Shown here one piece after another: positions 36,166 to 46,556 of a stretch of DNA of 64,000 nt. Under the pieces are notes generated by a model, which was given only the letters and a program-made list of their open reading frames with translations, was not told the origin of the DNA and searched no databases. Location: contig OZ320316.1 of NCBI GenBank assembly GCA_976226885.1, positions 72,106,001 through 72,170,000 on the forward strand, written 5' to 3'. The stretch is from Iphione sp. A-MEVVRFRX5 (lineage: Eukaryota). Numbering within the stretch: the stretch's first letter is position 1; every line of letters begins with the position of its first letter. Position numbers and translations under genes: made by a program.

Positions 36166-36846
36166 TTAGAAGTAAAGTCGATGGAATAGCCTGATTACAG
36201 AGTCGATCATGTACTTCACCAGGTATAATTTCCATCTGCTGGCAAGATGACATCCATCTTCTAGTCGTCCCATCCGATTTCGCCACATCCCATCTTTCCT
36301 AGAATGCAGCACCTTGTAACACCACGGAGTCGGGACGTGGTGGGCTTCATTAATCGCTACAATGCGCTGATTAACCAAGTAAGTTGCCTCATTAATTACC
36401 CGCTGTACCTGTCGACTATCCCGGGAAGTAGCCACGTAGCCATTCATCAGGTAGTTCATCCTTGAGTAGTCTCGGGTAAAAATCGTTGATATCATGATTG
36501 AGCTAGAGGGATACCGACATTGGATCCTAAATCTTGAGTATCTGTATTTCGTCTCCAACTTACTGGCAGCTTCAAGCGGGGAAAAGTAACGTGGCATTAC
36601 ATACCTTATGCGCTGTCCGTCGTGCCCTGTCAGGCGACGGCGGACGGTAATGTTGTTTGAGCCAACGAGTAGTATTATAACAGATGGAGCCGGCGACAGG
36701 TTGAGCCGAAGAAATTCCTCTGTAATACTATCAATTGTAGCACCAGGATAAACCAAGACTCTGACATTCCAATTCCACCTTGCAAATAATTCCTCCAAAC
36801 CTCGGCCATGACTTGAGGCCACAACATAAATTGAAGTTTGGTCCAT
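36166..36846 (-). CDS. Middle ORF of element B: SGNH/GDSL-hydrolase (esterase)-like protein (226 aa from first ATG)
   Basis: First ATG is at 36846 (the track start at 36909 is GTG). Four blocks in order: YVVASSHGRG (I, Ser), YPGAT (II, Gly), LLVGSNN (III, Asn), EDGCHL (V, Asp/His). Confidence 0.85.
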   Translation of the reverse strand: MDQTSIYVVASSHGRGLEELFARWNWNVRVLVYPGATIDSITEEFLRLNLSPAPSVIILLVGSNNITVRRRLTGHDGQRIRYVMPRYFSPLEAASKLETKYRYSRFRIQCRYPSSSIMISTIFTRDYSRMNYLMNGYVATSRDSRQVQRVINEATYLVNQRIVAINEAHHVPTPWCYKVLHSRKDGMWRNRMGRLEDGCHLASRWKLYLVKYMIDSVIRLFHRLYF

Positions 36847-36936
36847 TTTGCGGTGGTAGCCACGTCGATATCCCGCACGCTTTACAAAAAGTGACCACAG
36901 GGTGAACACACTGTGACCACCGGTCAGGCGAGGTCA

Positions 36937-38379
36937 TTAGGCGCGTTCGGGAACTGCCACCATGGGTTCGGACCTGGCAAGCAGATCCGACCTCACTTGC
37001 TCAAGTAAACGACCAAGGTTGTTTTTGCCAGCAAATGTTCCATCCGTGAGCTCCTTGGCACCCTGAGTATGACCAGCGCCCCAGAAAAGCGAACGGCTGG
37101 ATTCGATCAGGATTTCATTCTGTGTCGATTTAAGGTATTCACCAAGCCATGAAGTATGTGAGAATTTCACTTGTAGGATCTTTAGCATCTCGGCAATTTT
37201 AACTTCATCCCACTTCCCAGAGGGCGGAATTCGATGTTTCACAGCCAGGACCTCATCAATATTTTTCGTTGTCAGTATCTCATTAGCCAGATTGGACACC
37301 TTAGTAAAGTCAGCCTTTCGCCATTGGTAACAATGCTCCACAGAGTGAAATTTCTTGCCATCATAGTTCAGATCCACCGGATATTCATTGGACAATGGTG
37401 ACAATGAAGACGAGAAGAATAGACGCCCCCCGTCATGCACGTGTGAAGCTTCATGGACTTTAAGCCTAGGTGGGGCCTTAGAAATATCCGCGGAGCTGTA
37501 TACTGAGCCATCAATCTCCAGCAGCTCCCCTCGCAATTTTACCTTGGTCGTAGGTGAGGTTCTGGATAGGTATCTTTTTGCTTGCCCAAGAACAAACCGC
37601 CTTCTCCTAAGGGCAGGTGGTTCATCCCTGTAAATCCAAATCTTGGATCCCTTCAGCTTGTTTTTATGTTTCATGATGTCATAGATCAGATCTTGTCTTA
37701 GGAATTTCACCAGGATAGGACCATTCGGTGATGCACCTTGCCTAGTAATACGAAAGGCTGTATCTATATCAGCCGGCGTGATGCTGACGCCGATCGTTAG
37801 GGCAACCTGAATTATCTGTGGAATTACATCACGTCTCACCTCCAGGCCAGGACCATCGACAAATAATGTCTTTTGTCGATTAATCTTATCCATCTCATCA
37901 CGTAATTTCTTAACGGCACTCTCCCCAGATTCATTCCTTAGCTGATTAACCTCATTGCGGAGGGTTTTATTCTGTTCATGGAGGGAATCAACCTCAGCAC
38001 GTAAATTCTGAATACTCAGTTCATGACTCTCAACCCTCTTTGAGATGGTCCCCATCTTCTCAAGGACACTGTCAAGCTTAGTATCAAGTTTGTTCAGTCT
38101 AACATCAAAAGAGAGACGCATACTCTTTAATTCATCCAGCAGAGATGTAGTTACATCAACAGGCTCCTGCGGATTAGGATCGGTTTCAGATTCATCATTT
38201 ATCCGATCGGAAGGAGGGCTATTTATCCGCGGCCTCTTTAGATCTCTCTGATCATTAGTATTAGGTTTCGGAGTTTCAGTCAGGTAGTCTAAAATACTAC
38301 TTTGACCCTTAGCAACAACAGTCGTGTCCACTCTGTCCATTTCAGGGCTCAAAGGTGCATTTACTAACGCACCAGCCAT
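36937..38379 (-). CDS. LINE ORF1p: coiled coil + L1-type RRM/CTD + C-terminal NADAR (YbiA-like) domain (480 aa from first ATG)
   Basis: ATG at 38379 in ACTATGG context. Heptads; NRQKTLFVDG..DIDTAFRI..GPILVKF..IWIYRDEP..LEIDG; NADAR motifs FF..SPLSNEYP, SVEHCYQWRKA, WDEVK..M...KF, LIESSRSLFWGAG, GKNNLGRLLEQVR at about 37428-36982. Confidence 0.92.
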   Translation of the reverse strand: MAGALVNAPLSPEMDRVDTTVVAKGQSSILDYLTETPKPNTNDQRDLKRPRINSPPSDRINDESETDPNPQEPVDVTTSLLDELKSMRLSFDVRLNKLDTKLDSVLEKMGTISKRVESHELSIQNLRAEVDSLHEQNKTLRNEVNQLRNESGESAVKKLRDEMDKINRQKTLFVDGPGLEVRRDVIPQIIQVALTIGVSITPADIDTAFRITRQGASPNGPILVKFLRQDLIYDIMKHKNKLKGSKIWIYRDEPPALRRRRFVLGQAKRYLSRTSPTTKVKLRGELLEIDGSVYSSADISKAPPRLKVHEASHVHDGGRLFFSSSLSPLSNEYPVDLNYDGKKFHSVEHCYQWRKADFTKVSNLANEILTTKNIDEVLAVKHRIPPSGKWDEVKIAEMLKILQVKFSHTSWLGEYLKSTQNEILIESSRSLFWGAGHTQGAKELTDGTFAGKNNLGRLLEQVRSDLLARSEPMVAVPERA

Positions 38380-40459
38380 AGTGGTAAACACAGCGGCAGG
38401 ACAGCTGCACCTAAAAATAACCGGCGCTCAACATGGAATATCAAGGCAATGTCGGTTTTCTCTCCGAATTTCTCCCCAATGCATGAACAACAAAGGCACA
38501 AATTAACTCACAGTATTCCCTGGTTAATAACCAATATCTGTGTCGACACGCAGTGGCCCAACCGCACCATTCATCAAGCGTTCATGTCCATTTTGTGTCC
38601 TGCCGCTCACCGCGCGTCTAACCCGGTCGCGCCATGTCCCATCAGAGATACCTGGCCTCTTACTCCTTGGCCTTAATTGACAAGCTGGCTACCGGAGGAC
38701 TGGAATATGGGAACATCCTTGGCCTTCTTTGTGATAGCCCTCATGTGCTCCTCCCAGGATCCTGGTGCCCGAGAACAGAGGACTAAGGCAACAGGGGAGT
38801 TGAGGTCTCTTGTCACAATGTGACTGTGGGGCACATATCTAAGATCTGGAGGGAGAGCCAGTATTGTGAGTTTCCACCTTCTGTGCTGGACAATCTGCTC
38901 ACGATGACTTTGGATGTAGAGCATCAGACTGCAACATCACTTTGGGGATTCCTGTGTCAATTATTTAAGCCAGTGGTGTTGTCCATGAGGATCGGGAGGC
39001 ATCAATAAACATTAAATTAATGTTTTCTGGACTGTCTTATTTCTCATATTGGATACCATAGCTGCCGGAAGATGGATCCTTTGTACACACTCTTATTCTT
39101 TTCTTTAGATAGTATCATGTAATGCTCTACTTCATAATGATATTTGATTGTTCTTATGAACCTTGCTGGAGGTGCTGGTCTTATTTTTAAAAAATAATAA
39201 ACTCCCTTAAGGAGCAGGAATAAAGCATATCCGTGTTCTTTTTGCATATATGACTGCTTCTATATTCTTTCAAATAAAAGAATATTCTAAAAATCTAATT
39301 AGAATTAATACAGATCCCAAATGTTCCAGGGAAACTCTGAAAGACGTACATTTGGAGGAAATGGAAATTATAGGATCATATCTTCATCAAGTTCTCATTA
39401 TGAACAAGTAAAATCAACATCTTTCATAATTTTTTAAAGTTCTTTATTCATTAAAATCCCTTTTCCTCTTAAAGGAAGGGTGAATGTAGCAGGCACAATG
39501 TTATAACTTCCTGGTACAAGTACTGCATTTTTGATAAACGTGTGGTTTTGGACCTGCCAGATCATGTTCTGGTACTCTGACTCTGTTGATCTTGCAATTC
39601 AGTAAAAGTTGCTGGATCAGGGATTGCAAAATAGGTACTTTGACATATTACATATATTGTGAAATCTTTGTGCAATGTTGCCAAAGCCTGCATGTATATA
39701 TATTAAAGGAAGGACTTTTTGCGAATAAACATTCACTCTTTGCACTTCATGAGAGACACACATAGCAGACACTGCACTTGGAGAGAACCAGATTTCTGTG
39801 CGTGGATATCCTTTATTTCATAGTAACTCAGCAGCTAGACTATGAACCATCACTCTCATACCAGGCCCACGTTTATAATACTAAACCAGGTGGGCATATG
39901 CCTTGCACAAACTAGTGTGAGGTTCCCTGAAATGGCATGAACGGAGGTTGGGAGAGTGTGTGTTATTGCCAGTAGAAGAGGTTATCTGATGGCCGTAGGT
40001 GGCAGGAAAGTGTGCAAGACAACCATCTCGGATTTCCAAAGATCACGCGTTTTTCTTTGATGAAAACATCTTACATAGAATGGTTGCTACCTTTAATTCC
40101 CCAGCTTTTCACTAAGTTAAAGTTTATAACATAGAAAACCCCTAAGCTTTGGATTTTTCAGAGGCAATCGTAATTTACTATTAAACACTGTTGGAATCCG
40201 GAAATAGTTTTTTTTGTCCAGGTTGATCCAGTTTGGATAACGTTACTTAGTAAACCTGCATACTGTCTTCGTCAGTGCTGCAGTCAGTTTGCAGTTGCAC
40301 TCAGATGCTGCAAGTCCTGTAAATACCGAAGTTCCTGCACATTGATACATTGATAGGTTCGATAAATGTCTGTACTTTCAGAAAGATTTGCATAAAAAGT
40401 TCTTTTACTATAAAGAGAACATACAAAAACATCACAAAACACTGGTTTTGAAAAAAAAT

Positions 40460-42460
40460 GAAAACATATATATAGACAATGAATACACAGAACAAGTGGA
40501 ATGAGGTCTCAAACAACATTCTCTTTATTACGAGAAACGCTAAAATTCAAGAGTGGTTGATACATCATCCAGAATAGAATATCTTAGCAACACAGCTGTA
40601 ATCATACACATCTCCATGACACTGACCAATGATATTACATTGTGACTCTATATACAGTAAAACCCCTCCACAACGGACATCGATGGGACTGGCACCTGGG
40701 CGTCCATTGTTGGGGGTGTCTGCTGTGTCCGAGCTACCCCTTCTCCCTCTCTGTTGACTACTGGAGTGATTCCTCCAGGGTGTTGGGACGAGGTCACACC
40801 TCTCCCAGGTGTGGGAACTGATCAAAGGAGGGTCGGGAGTGGGTGTTGGAACGTGTTGGGAGTACTTCTCCAGGGTGTCTGTCCGCTGTGCACACTGTAA
40901 AATGAGGTTTTGGGAATGTCTAGGGACTGTCCAGAGGCGGGTGTCCACTGTATTTGAGTGTCCACTGTGTCTGGGCACTTGTAAACATGTTATTTACTGT
41001 TTATTTTGGGACTGGGGTAAAAAAGTCTGTTGTAGGGGTTGTCCGCTGTGTCCGGGCGTCCGCAGTGAGGGTCCCCACTGTACATATAAACATCATATAT
41101 TACATATAGACAATGAATACACAGATCAAGCAGAATGGGGTCTCAAACAACATTCTCCAGTCCCAAGGAAGACAAATTATTACAAACATTACTATCAAGA
41201 GATACTTTCCGCTCCATCGAAGGAACAAGGTACATAAACACTGCTGAGGATTTCCACCCACCCCTAGCTTTAATGTAGTCAAGTGACATCCCAATATTAG
41301 AAAGATAGGGGGCCCCACCCCTCCTCAAGGAATGTGAGCTGACAAAACCCTTGATACCAGCATTTCTGGCAATTGACTTTAGTTTCTTTTGGAAAGCGTT
41401 GTAATCTAGCAAAAGGCGTTCCTTCCCTCCATCAAAAGAAAACAACAAATCATCTGCTGTGCCTATAGTGTCTAAGGCCAATAAGATCCAGATGCCACAC
41501 AAAGCTTGAAATTACCACAGAATTTGAACATTACCATCCTGCGATCAGCCCAAAATTGGTCTGATTTTGACCTACAAACCATGACTTTAACACCCCAACT
41601 GTAATGCTGAACATCACCTCTCCTAAACCCAGTGTCCAAAGTAAACTTGTTTTCACCTTAAAATGTTGAACATCCGGGGGTACCAAGCCAAGTAACTTGT
41701 GATAATAAACAACATCCGAAAAATAATTCTGGATACCCCCTGAACAGGCACAACTGGTCAACACTACATGGGAAACAAACTAGGCCGAAACTTCTACAAA
41801 AGTCCGCGTAGACCTTCTTCTGCCTCTCCCTCATCCGGATTGTATTGGGTGCTGGCCCCGACAAGATCAACCTCTTCGTCCTTGTCTCCAGATTCCTTAG
41901 TTTGCCTGAAACGAGAGGCCAACCAATCCTTACAGCAGGCCTGACTGGACCAACTCGTATCACAAATCCTAGACAAACTATCCTTAGCATGAAAACGAGA
42001 TACACAATCTGTAATCACATTGTCACCTGTCCTCACATACTCAGATAAAAACACAATGTGCAGACCCAAAACAATTCTCTCAGCCAACCCATACAATCCT
42101 GTTTGCACCTTGACCGGTCCTTATCATATGAAACACCTGTGTATTGTTGACATGCGCAATCACCCTACTATCCCTAAAGAAGTCCTTCCACCTATGAATA
42201 GCCACAACCACTCCCCACAACTCTTTAACATTTATATTCTCATCAATCTCATCAATACTTGGGACACCAACGACATGCAAACAAAAGACATTATCAGTCA
42301 GATTGACCTTCCTCCAACTTCCGACAAACCAATCCTGGACACAATAGCCACCAAAACCCTTTAACGATGAGTCTGTATAGAAGATCTGACAAACACCAAA
42401 GGACTTTAGAATTTTTCGTTTAATGCTGAAAATAGAAACGAACGTACTCCACCACCTCAA
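40460..42460 (-). mobile_element. 3' half of a DIRS/Ngaro-type tyrosine-recombinase retrotransposon (RNase H, YR, split direct repeats), decayed
   Basis: RNase H: YTDSSLKGFGG..NINVKELWGV..HVNNTQV..DNVITDCVSR. YR N-terminus: APNTIR..YADFCRSFGL. YR C-terminus: SSHSLRRGGA..ARGGWKSSAVFMY. A direct repeat of about 60 bp lies at 41103-41157 and 40465-40523. Confidence 0.88.
40655..41080. mobile_element. pogo/Tigger-like MITE inserted in the terminal repeats of the DIRS/Ngaro element
   Basis: Imperfect TIRs CAGTAAAACCCCTC..ACGGAC and reverse-complemented CAGTGGGGACCCTC..GCGGAC, TA on both sides. Confidence 0.65.
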
Positions 42461-42634
42461 TTCGTCCTACACCTCCTCTGGAACTGGCAAACATCTCTTC
42501 TCCCTTTTTCAGTACCCTTAAGAAATCATAGACGTTACAAGTGTAAGTACAACCACCAGATTTTTCAACCCAGATGTAATACGGGTAAGAATATCCTGTG
42601 CATTGCAGTCATGCAATGTTACCTACTGTTTCAG

Positions 42635-44440
42635 TATGCGAGGAAATATGACACATTTGGCTCTGTAAATGATAACTTCTATTTAGTGATTGTTGACCGA
42701 TTAGACAGACCCTCCTTTGGTGGTCAAGATGGAGCGTGGCAAGCTGTGACACCACAGGAAATGTATGCCTTCCTTGTCATTGTCATCCTGATGGGGATTA
42801 TCTGCCTGCCCAATCTTTCTAGGTACTGGGCCACAAATGAGCTGTATTGTGGTGGACTTATCAAATGGCTAATGTCACGGATCAGGTGGGTGCCTGAAGA
42901 TATAGTAGATGTATTATATTCTCATACAGAGGCAATAAATATGTAATGGATCTGCATGATGGTTACAGTGACCAGTTGCCTTCTGCAAAGAAATAGCACA
43001 AGAACTTCACAATTCGGTCAAGTTGAAATTTTTATTGGGAAAGAGAGCAAATCATCTGAAGATGTTGTATGATGTTCTATCTGTAGGTTCAAGGCCCTGC
43101 TTGGTTTCCTCCATGCATCAAATCCTGCATTGGATGTAGCGGGCAACAAGATGAGCAAACTGCAACCACTTTGGGATCATGTGAAGACAATGTCCAGGCA
43201 TCTCCTGCAACCAGCAAAGGCAATTTCAGTTGACGAACACATGGTGAAGTCAAAGGCGCAATCAGGACTTCGGCAGTATATGCCTAAGAAACCTGTCCAC
43301 TTTGGCTTCAAACTATGGTGTCTGTGCAAAAGTCATGGTGGATATACATTAGACTTTGAGTAAGTAGTAGAACACATGTGAATCAAAGAGTGTTTGCTGA
43401 TTTTGCATGTCCTCATTTAAATTTTATTGTTTCCCCCCTGACAGATTGATACAGCATGTAAGGGATGGTTTGCCTTATGTTTTTCAGTCTCTACACGGGC
43501 AAATGAGAGACACCAGGACCCCATGGATTAGCTTATGATGTGGTAACCTGCTTGATCACCCCCTAGCTCCATCAGGGATATACACTATTCACAGACAATT
43601 TCTATACATCCACAGTGCTGTTGAAACATCTGTTTACTAAGGGTATGCTGATGTGTGGGACAACAGTTCCGACTGGGAGAGGTTTTCCTATGTCACTGAG
43701 AGACAAGACCTGGCAGAAAAAATCCAAACGTGGTGCCATGCGGTATGAGAGAGAGGGAGAAGTATTGTACTTGCAGTGGTTAGACACAAAGCCAGTGTAT
43801 GTCTGTTCAACTTTTCATGCAGGGAATAGGTCAATGATGGTGAGAAGAAATGTCAGAGACCCGAATGGGGTGAACAGGAAGGTCTTTGTACGGAAACCTC
43901 AGGCTGTATATGATTACAACAGGGGTATGGGTGGAGTAGACCTTTCGGACCAACTACTCCAGCCATACACTGTGTTGATCAAATCCAGGTGCTGGTGGAA
44001 GACCCTTTTCTTCCACCTGCTTGACATCAGTATTCTCAACTGACACATTGTGTTCAGGGGATGGAGGAAGCAATACCCATTTGATCCCCGACTGGAGTGA
44101 CAACTGGACTACTCTCACCTTGCTTTTCATGAAGAGCTGGTATTCCAATTGGCTTCAGTTGCCTGTTGCGAGGCTGCCCCCCCTTGTATCCCCCCCCTAA
44201 CTGGATCAGGACCTGAGATGTACGTTTCCAACCACATCCCCATCTTGACTGACAAATGACGAAACTGCAAGATCTGCTCTGTGCTTCATGGAAGAGAGCT
44301 GAAAACCAAATGGCTTTGCCCTAACCCAATCTGTCAAGTTGCACTGTGCATGACACCTGATCGCAGTTGCATGACATTGTGGCATTCTGCATCATTCCAC
44401 CAACAGAGAGCACGCATATTGGATTCATGTAGGATGAAGT
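42635..44440 (+). mobile_element. piggyBac (PGBD4-like) transposase relic with introns
   Basis: Reads EMYAFL..LMGI..YW..MSRI|RFKALLGFLH; SVDEHM; QYMPKKPVHFGFKLW; FTDNFYTS; YNRGMGGVDLSDQ; C-terminal CKIC..CPNPICQVALC..C. GT-AG introns at 42886-43086 and 43360-43487 restore the frame. In-frame stops; no TTAA-CCC ends found. Confidence 0.9.
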
Positions 44441-45787
44441 AATACCTCTGGCTTTCATTTCAGTTCTCACTGCAGGGTACTTGATTGCTGCCAATTCCTC
44501 GATGGACACGTGGTACACCTGTGTACAACAACATTGCATGAGTCATAAGAAAAAAACACAAATTTCATAAGTGAACATGGTGTAATACCAATATCAATAT
44601 TTACTTAAATCTGCTAATACATGTTCACATATGATTGCTTGTTACTCACACTTGCATTGTCCACATCATATTGGTAATCATAGGCCCCTGGCTCTGCATC
44701 AGAGAAATGTTCCCTGATAGCCTCCCTCAGCTCTATGGGGAATGACAGGGTTTGTTTTCAATTGCCAAGATGATACATGAACTGGTAACAAATATAGAAA
44801 GACAGCTTTAGGTCACACTGAAGGACAGCAGTCATTTGATTATTGTCTTATAATGTCAGTTCATAATGCTGCACATTTCAGAGAACAGATACATTTCACT
44901 CACAACAGCAACAGCCAACAGGTGCTTGTAGATCTGCTTCCTTGATGTTCTGTTCCGGATGAGGTGAACAAGAAATTCTGGTAACTCGAACCTGGAAATT
45001 AGTGTTTTTGATATCATGAATTCACCAATGTACTAGAACAATTTATATTTATCATTTATTCAATTTCTGTCAAATAACTGCTATGCACTCAAATCGCTGC
45101 AGACTCATGTTGCCTGTATGTAAAATGTCGCAGGAATCGCTAGCCACATGTAACTTCAGAAAGCATTGCATCCAGTATTATTTTGACTGTTGATACATAA
45201 ATGATTATATAGAAATGACTACCATTAGACACCCTTTATCAAGGAGTGCCACACGGAGTGTTTCCATTATAGATGCCTTGTTATTCCAGGGATTTATCAA
45301 ACGATGATACAATTTGTCTTCTCCTGACTCTACGTGAAGTCATAACTGGAAACATTATCAATTTTGGCTATTTGAATTATATCTCAAACATCTGTTTTTT
45401 CCACAATATCATACCTTAACATATAATTGACACATACAAGTATCTAATTATGCCTGTTATCCCATAGAATGATTTTAATAAAAACCTGAAAACGTCATGC
45501 CCCCTTAGACGTGCTACCACAGGCTCCATCTATGATATTGTGCGGGAAGCGTATTTTTTACTAGCACCACCTATCTATATCCACGAAACCATATGATTCG
45601 ATGCATGATTGTTATTGATATGTCATTTTAAAGCTCATTTCAATTATTTTGTCTGCATACATTTATACAGTAAAATTAATATTTATGTCAATTTATGTGG
45701 TTTGAAAAGAACATGTCCCATTTCGGCACCCTGTTTTTGCACTAAATCATCATGGAAATGATCCGATCATTCATGGGGCCCACCACT

Positions 45788-46144
45788 TTACTGGAATTCA
45801 TCAAAGCAAGTATCCATATGATCATTGGAATTGGAATTACCTACTGACCTCGAAAAGTCTGTTATAGGGCGAGGACTGCCGTCCGATTTCTCGACTGCCC
45901 CCATAGCATGGACACATTTGGGTTTACTTGATATCTCAGATACATATCCCTTATCCAACTTCAACCTGACCCTCTCATCCATCTGTAACCTAAAATCGCC
46001 TTCAATGATAGATTTGTAGCTAGCACAATCATATGATACACTAATATCATAATCAACTATTTGGAAACCATCGACCACTCCATTCCAGATGTACATGACC
46101 TCCCAATCAAAGATTAAACCACCCAAGCAGTGTTTAAAGAACAT
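45788..46144 (-). mobile_element. N-terminal fragment of a DIRS/Ngaro-type reverse transcriptase
   Basis: NGVVDGFQIV..KGYVSEISSKPKCVHAMGAVEKSDGSPRPITDFSRSVGNSN..D; the fragment ends before the catalytic motifs. Confidence 0.8.
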
Positions 46145-46176
46145 GCATGGTAATGAGGAGGAGTGTTGCTGTGGGT

Positions 46177-46556
46177 TGTGTTGCTATGATATTCCATTCT
46201 GGATGACATATCAACCACTCTGTTTTGAATTTTGACAACATGCAGATGTGATTACCCTGCTGTGGTGATTTTGGTACATCTTACCCATAATTCAAGTGGT
46301 TTTTTTTTCATTTTGGAGATGGAGACGCACTGCTCAAAGTGTGGTGCCAAGCATTTGACGCTCGTGGGAAGCAAATGTCCTGAGTTTGTTGAGGAGAATG
46401 GAGATTCTGCAAAGGAGACTTCTCAAGATGATGGTTTGGAAGGACATCTGACCAGACTGGAGTCTTAATTGTTCAGCTCCATCCTACCCAAGCTCGAGGA
46501 GAAAAACAAGAAAGAGGGGGATGCGGCTGGGAATTACATCAGCAAGGGTTGTGAAT
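46177..46556 (+). mobile_element. Putative 5' repeat and gag/ORF1 N-terminus of a DIRS/Ngaro element, in opposite orientation
   Basis: 46177-46233 is an inverted, roughly 85% similar (by eye) copy of 40541-40594. ATG at 46319 starts METHCSKCGAKHLTLVGSKCP, a C-x2-C-x3-H-x7-C motif; the gag assignment is inference. Confidence 0.5.

Larger units (their letters stand above)
32027..38637 (-). mobile_element. Non-LTR retrotransposon element B (CR1/L2-group-like), apparently full length, three uninterrupted ORFs
   Basis: Same ORF order as element A. The 3' end has AATAAA and a poly(A) tail (12-T run at 32026-32037 on plus). Candidate 5-bp TSD CCCAT at 32022-32026 and 38638-38642. Confidence 0.9.

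Noticed and set aside
36731-36937. TAATG stop-start overlap at the end of element B ORF1, suggesting termination-reinitiation
   Set aside because: The ATG opens a 68-aa ORF out of frame with the SGNH ORF, and element A has no equivalent.
24765-38391. Reading the NADAR/SGNH/RT ORF clusters as bacterial operons (retron or defence system) or contamination
   Set aside because: The RTs are APE-fused LINE type with 3' tails, ORF1 has the LINE RRM architecture, and the flanks contain spliceosomal introns and animal transposons.
39250-39860. Long semi-open minus-strand frame suggesting a decayed coding sequence
   Set aside because: No identifiable motif and several stops.
23740-46556. Uni-strand piRNA-cluster interpretation of the transposon nest
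   Set aside because: Orientations are mixed (LINEs and Ngaro on minus; Gypsy and piggyBac on plus), and small-RNA data would be needed.
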